NCBI RefSeq assembly: GCF_001194135.2
Contig: NC_069005.1
Span: forward strand, 15,752,903-15,789,089
DNA from: Octopus bimaculoides
Lineage: Eukaryota
Direction: 5' to 3'
Length of the DNA: 36,187 nucleotides
Of the stretch, positions 31,407 to 36,187 are shown in pieces. Made by a program: the position numbers and the translations under genes. A model generated the notes under the pieces. It was not told the origin of the DNA. It did no database searches and saw nothing but the letters and a program-made list of their open reading frames with translations. The first letter of the stretch is position 1. Each line of letters opens with the position of its first letter.

Positions 31407-31739
31407 CACTCATCAACAAATATAGACAAAATTAACCATGATTGGAGCAGTAAGATTGCAGATAACATCAAAACAATGATTCATTAATAAATATAAATAC
31501 AACAACAGCAACAACAACAATGAATAAAATGTGTTTTTCTCTTTTGGTTCTGTTATTGTTTAAAATACAATTTTCTTTTTTTTTATCAAAGTATTTTGAC
31601 TAATTAGTCATGATCATTAGCTCTAAAATGTGTGTGATAAACTAAATAATAAGGAATAATTATTGCAGTGAAAGGAGGAAACTTGATATAAATAGGGGGC
31701 TTGAACTTGAGCAAATTGAAGTTTCCATGAATGCAATGT

Positions 31740-31757
31740 GTGAGTGCAGTTATCGTG

Positions 31758-31802
<45 letters not shown>

Positions 31803-32035
31803 CCATGTCTCTCTCTCTCTCTCACAATATATAGATGATAGAATAAACAGGAGAATTCATTTATCTTTTTATAACATCATAAACTACACACACACACACA
31901 CATATATACATACAGATATACATACACACACACACACATATATACATACAGATATACATACACACACACACATATATACATACATATATATACGTTCACA
32001 TAAACAAAAACTGTTATATATTTACACACACAAAC

Positions 32036-32080
<45 letters not shown>

Positions 32081-32140
32081 ACATACACACACAAGCACAT
32101 ATACATACAAATGCACACATACATAGAGTATGTGTGTGTG
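31740..32140. repeat. Compound TG/TC/CA/TA microsatellite block
   Basis: Direct inspection; explains the ORFs at 31604-32199. Confidence 0.9.
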
Positions 32141-32762
32141 AGAATAATTATATATATCAGATCAGAGTGGAATGATGCTACGTTAGAGATTGTACTCATT
32201 GCTTGCTATGTTAGAGATTGTAGCTATTGTTTATTGACCAATATACCTGTCTTCAGGAAACCAACAATTTGAACACTTAAATAGAAAGTTATTAATGTCA
32301 ACAAGTGATGGATATGTTTTCTATCAGTAACATCAAATAGCAGTTAGCTTTTTGTGCAAGGGTCGTCTACTCAGAAACAGATACTATGTTTTAATGTCAG
32401 AGACTGGAATTCACACACAAGTGGTAAAGCACCAGACTTATTCCCTTGAGGCAGTGGACTCTCAATCTTTTTTGGCTTCATGGTCCACTGGAGATCAAAA
32501 TTTCTGGTGCTTTGGGGATTAAATATAAAATTATCAACCCATTTTACATGCAAATTTAAAAGAAATTATATTTTAGAGCTCAAAAATAGTAAAAGGTGTG
32601 TGAGTGTGTGTGTGAGTGTGTGTGAAAGAGAGAGAGGGAGAGAGAAAGCGAGAGGCAATGGGGGAGAGGATGTTCTGAAGGGACAGAAATATACAGCATC
32701 NNNNNNNNNNNNNNNNNNNNNNNNNNNNNNNNNNNNNNNNNNNNNNNNNNNNNNNNNNNNNN

Positions 32763-32827
<65 letters not shown>

Positions 32828-32996
32828 TTTTAATCCAATATGGAGACCAACATCAATTTTTCTATGTGATTGACTTGAAAAATTGTTGAGATATTTCTTA
32901 ATGTGAAACCAGTGGGAGCCTAAATACACAAATAAAGAATTGTTATCCACCAAAGCAGTGTTGAACTCATTCTCAACGTTTGATATTTATGTGTGC

Positions 32997-33027
<31 letters not shown>

Positions 33028-33261
33028 ATGTTTGTTTTTATGTTTAGTTATAAGAAAAATAATTTTACATTAATCTGATGGCTTACTCTATACCTTTGTA
33101 GAGTACAAATTTATTATTCTTAAACAATGTTATTGACAGTGACTTCAAGGCCATTGGCAGACTGCTGATGATGGCTGAGCTGGCCAAAACTTCAAAGTCA
33201 TTGTCAACAACATTCTTGTTAAAGAATAATATATACGTACATGTGTGTGTGTGTGTATCAA

Positions 33262-33705
33262 AAATAGGTGCAGGTGTGGTAAAAAGTTTGCTTCCCAGCC
33301 ATATAGTTCTAGATTCAATCCCACTTGGGCAAGTGTCTTCTGCTAGAGCCTTGGGCCAACCAAAACCTTGTGAGTCAATTTGGTAGATGGAAACCGGAAG
33401 AAATCCAGTGTGTGTGTGTGTGTGTGTTTGTGTGTATGTGTGTGTGTGCATGTTTGCATGTGTGTATGTCTGAGAGAGAGTGTGTTTGTTTCTCCTTGTC
33501 TTGACATGCGTAATTGTTGAAAATGAAGGCCATTCGTTTACAATATTCTATGAAAATAAGTCTGGCAATAGGGAAAAATATTATTTTGCTTGGAAACAGG
33601 GAAAAGTTGGCCACAGGAAGAACATCCAGCTATAGAAAATCTGGCTTGGTAAACTCTGTCCAACCCATGCAAGCGTGGAAAAGTGAACATCAAAGCCATG
33701 ATGAT
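33262..33705 (+). mobile_element. Composite SINE: family A head, then (TG)n, then family K body and tail
   Basis: GTGTGGTAAAAAGTTTGCTTCCCAGCC head, then TCTCCTTGTCTTGACAT...CCAACCCATGCAAGCGTGG. Confidence 0.7.
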
Positions 33706-34344
33706 ATGTAAGTGTCACTGTCACTATTATTGCTTATTCTATTTGGAAATGATCAGAGATGAATTGGAGCTAAACCACAGTGTGGTTGATTTGATCTGTC
33801 ATTGAACGATATCGCTGGTGACAAAGAGATCAATAAAAAAAATATCACATTAGTCATGGCCAAAAGTCTGGAACATTTTTTTAAAAATTAAAATTATTAT
33901 GCCCAAGTATAATTCAATTCAAATATATACAATATAAAAATTCTAATTTTCAGATCTATGTTCCAAACTTTTGGCCAGAACTGTAGAACACAAAATAAAT
34001 AAGGTGATTAATTAGCATCAAAATAGATATTTATTCTGGCTCTCTGTACTTTGACTTCAAATCCTACAACAATCAACTTTGTTTTCCACTTTTTTTTCAA
34101 GGTTAATAAATAAAGTACCAACTCAATGCTTATGTTGGTTTTCTCTTCCTCCAGATGTTACATTTTGGATGTTCTGCTGGCCCAAGAGTAGGAGGATCAA
34201 GAAGGTGCCAAACTGCATGGGCATCTGAAACTACATGCTACTAAACCACAATTACGGGATCAATAAATGTAAGTACCATCCTAATGGTAACACAGCCCTC
34301 TCCCTCCTTCCAGCAATCACATCTTGAACACTCGATTGAGTTAA

Positions 34345-34946
34345 CCCTTTAGCATCCAGATTACTCTATCAAATGTACTGCTTATTTTTATTCTTTTACT
34401 TGTTTCAGTCACTTGACTGTGGCCATGCTAGAGCATTGCCTTGAAGGATTTTAGTCAAACAAATCGACCCCAGTACTTATTCTATCATGTCTTTTGCTGA
34501 ACTGCTAAGTTACAGGGATGTAAGCACACCAACACTGGTTGTCAAGCAGTAATGGGGGACACAAACACAGACATAAAGACACACATACACACAAATATAT
34601 ATGACGGGCTTCTTTCAGTTTCTGTCTACTAAATCCATTCACAAGTCTTTGTTCAGCCCGAGGCTATAGTAGAAGATATTTGCTCAAGGTGGCATGCAGT
34701 GGGACTGAACCTGGAACCATGTGGTTGGGAAGCAAACTACTTACCACACAGCCACACCTGTGCCTATTCATTCACATTGTTTTAAATTAACCATGCATTG
34801 ACTCATAGCTTCAAGATTTCAGTGATGTAATTATTTATTTTAAGAATGACATTGTAGGGTAAGTGTGAGAGGCCAGATCTGGCTGGTTTGAACATAAAAC
34901 AGGTAGAATATTTGGGTCTGATACGGCCAGTTTAAATGTGAAAGGG
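34345..34946. mobile_element. piggyBac-type MITE (family H) containing a SINE A insertion
   Basis: TTAA TSD at 34341-44 and 34947-50; termini CCCTTTAGCAT / ATGTGAAAGGG. Confidence 0.85.
34391..34764 (-). mobile_element. SINE family A, full length
   Basis: Reverse complement of 59-448. Confidence 0.85.
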
Positions 34947-35104
34947 TTAAGGGGTGGGGTAAGACTGAGATGTCTTTGTCTGCTCATGGATACAAGAGAA
35001 CCTAAAACAATCAGTAAAAGCATCAGATATACTACCAAGTATATGCATACCATTTCTACCAAGAAGGTAGGTGATAGCTATAGTACAAGGGAATGGGTTC
35101 AGGA

Positions 35105-35260
35105 TTGGTGGTATGGCTAAGAAGTTTGCTTCCCAACCACAAGGCATCAGGTTCAGTCCCACTGTGACGCCTTGGGCATGAACCTTCCACTATAGTCCCA
35201 GGCTGACCAATGCCTTGTGAGTAGATTTAGTTGACAGGAACTAACTAAAAGAAGCCCATC
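35105..35260 (+). mobile_element. SINE family A head
   Basis: AAGAAGTTTGCTTCCCAACCAC...GGTTCAGTCCCACTG. Confidence 0.75.
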
Positions 35261-35276
35261 ATTTTTGTGTGGGTGT

Positions 35277-35307
<31 letters not shown>

Positions 35308-35351
35308 CATATATATATATATATATTATTATTATTATTATTATTATTATT

Positions 35352-35670
35352 ATGGTGGTGAGCTGGCAGAATTGTTAGTACATTGGGTGAAATGCTTAGC
35401 AGTGAAATGCGTTCATCCATCTTCACATTATGAGTTCAAATTCTGCTGTGGCCAACTTTGCCTTTCATCCTTTTGGGATCAATTTTGCCTTTTATCCTTT
35501 TGGGGTCAATTTTGCCTTTCATCTTTTCAGGGTCAATTTTGCCTTTCATCCTTTTGGGGTTGATAAAATTAGTACCAGTTGAGTACTGGAGTAAATAAAA
35601 TAAGTATCAGTTGAGTATTGGGGTCGATGTAATCAACTATCCCCTCCCCCAAATTTCAGGCCTCATACTT
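35352..35670 (+). mobile_element. SINE family E with an internal 4x27-bp tandem amplification
   Basis: CAATTTTGCCTTTCATCCTTTTGGGGT units at 35453, 35480, 35507 and 35534. Confidence 0.85.
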
Positions 35671-35779
35671 ATTATTATTATTTAAAATTATTTAAAACCG
35701 TTTGATATGTCCCCATATGCAATTTAGTTTTACAGGCTTCTTACAGAAACCTAGCTCATCAGACTGAGTTAACCGGATA

Positions 35780-36012
35780 TATGTATGTACCTGTCTTTAT
35801 GTTTGTTCCCCACCACCACCTGACAACCAATATTGGTTTGTTTACATCTCTAAAATTTAGCGGTCCAATAAAAGAGACCCATAGAATAAGTAACAAACTT
35901 TAAAAAAAAAACAAAAAAACTAAGTACACTGGGATCGATTTGTTCAATTAAGCCTTTCAAGGCAGTACCCCAGCAAGGCCACAGTCCAATGACTGAAATA
36001 TGTGGAAGATAA
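35780..36012 (+). mobile_element. SINE family A, 3' half
   Basis: CCCCACCACCACCTGACAACC...GGGATCGATTTGTTCAA...ATGACTGAAAT. Confidence 0.75.
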
Positions 36013-36187
36013 AAACCTTCACTGTCACATCCTCCACTACCATGAAGCCCCAGTTTCCTTTTTGCCAGTCGTTTCCCATCTGCTGAATGGTAGAATACCC
36101 CTATGCCTTTCATCTTATTCTAGCTATGTCTTTTCTTATGATTATTGACATCAATAATCAAATATAGACACCATTTTCAAACTGAAG

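Noticed and set aside
93-36113. The many 60-140-aa ORFs inside SINEs (e.g. 93-305, 3650-3916, 6391-6591, 9702-9884, 29970-30482, 30593-30829, 33083-33451)
   Set aside because: The same peptides recur wherever the SINE recurs, with random stops; not genes.

Overview
AT-rich eukaryotic genomic DNA, very probably from an octopus (inferred from the SINE/MITE repertoire, the microsatellite load and the scaffold N-gaps). No intact protein-coding gene, rRNA, tRNA gene or CRISPR array can be supported. Almost every ORF in the supplied track lies in a microsatellite, an N-gap or a SINE. The window is a dense, nested mosaic of transposable elements: several tRNA-like SINE families (labelled A, B, C, E, G, K, L here), a full-length but dead Tc1/mariner (maT-like) transposon, hAT-, piggyBac- and mariner-type MITEs, RTE and CR1/Jockey-type LINE fragments, and Helentron-associated (HINE/DINE-1-like) elements. 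Four features stand out. (1) A ~420-bp palindromic Penelope-type terminal-repeat insertion (3270-3691) with an 11-bp TSD carries a minimal dimer-type hammerhead ribozyme motif on each strand, one intact and one mutated. (2) A HINE-like element encloses a Gypsy integrase GPY/F fragment (20011-21062). (3) A ~350-bp tandem array with HINE-like termini sits inside two nested TTAA-MITEs (12198-13000). (4) A 226-bp perfect inverted duplication (28644-29197) is either very recent or an assembly artefact. A CpG-rich promoter-like patch (~14.1 kb) and some splice-bounded TE-free segments suggest an unannotated gene or lncRNA. SINE boundaries are approximate (about +/-10-20 bp); TIR, TSD and ribozyme coordinates were counted by hand.
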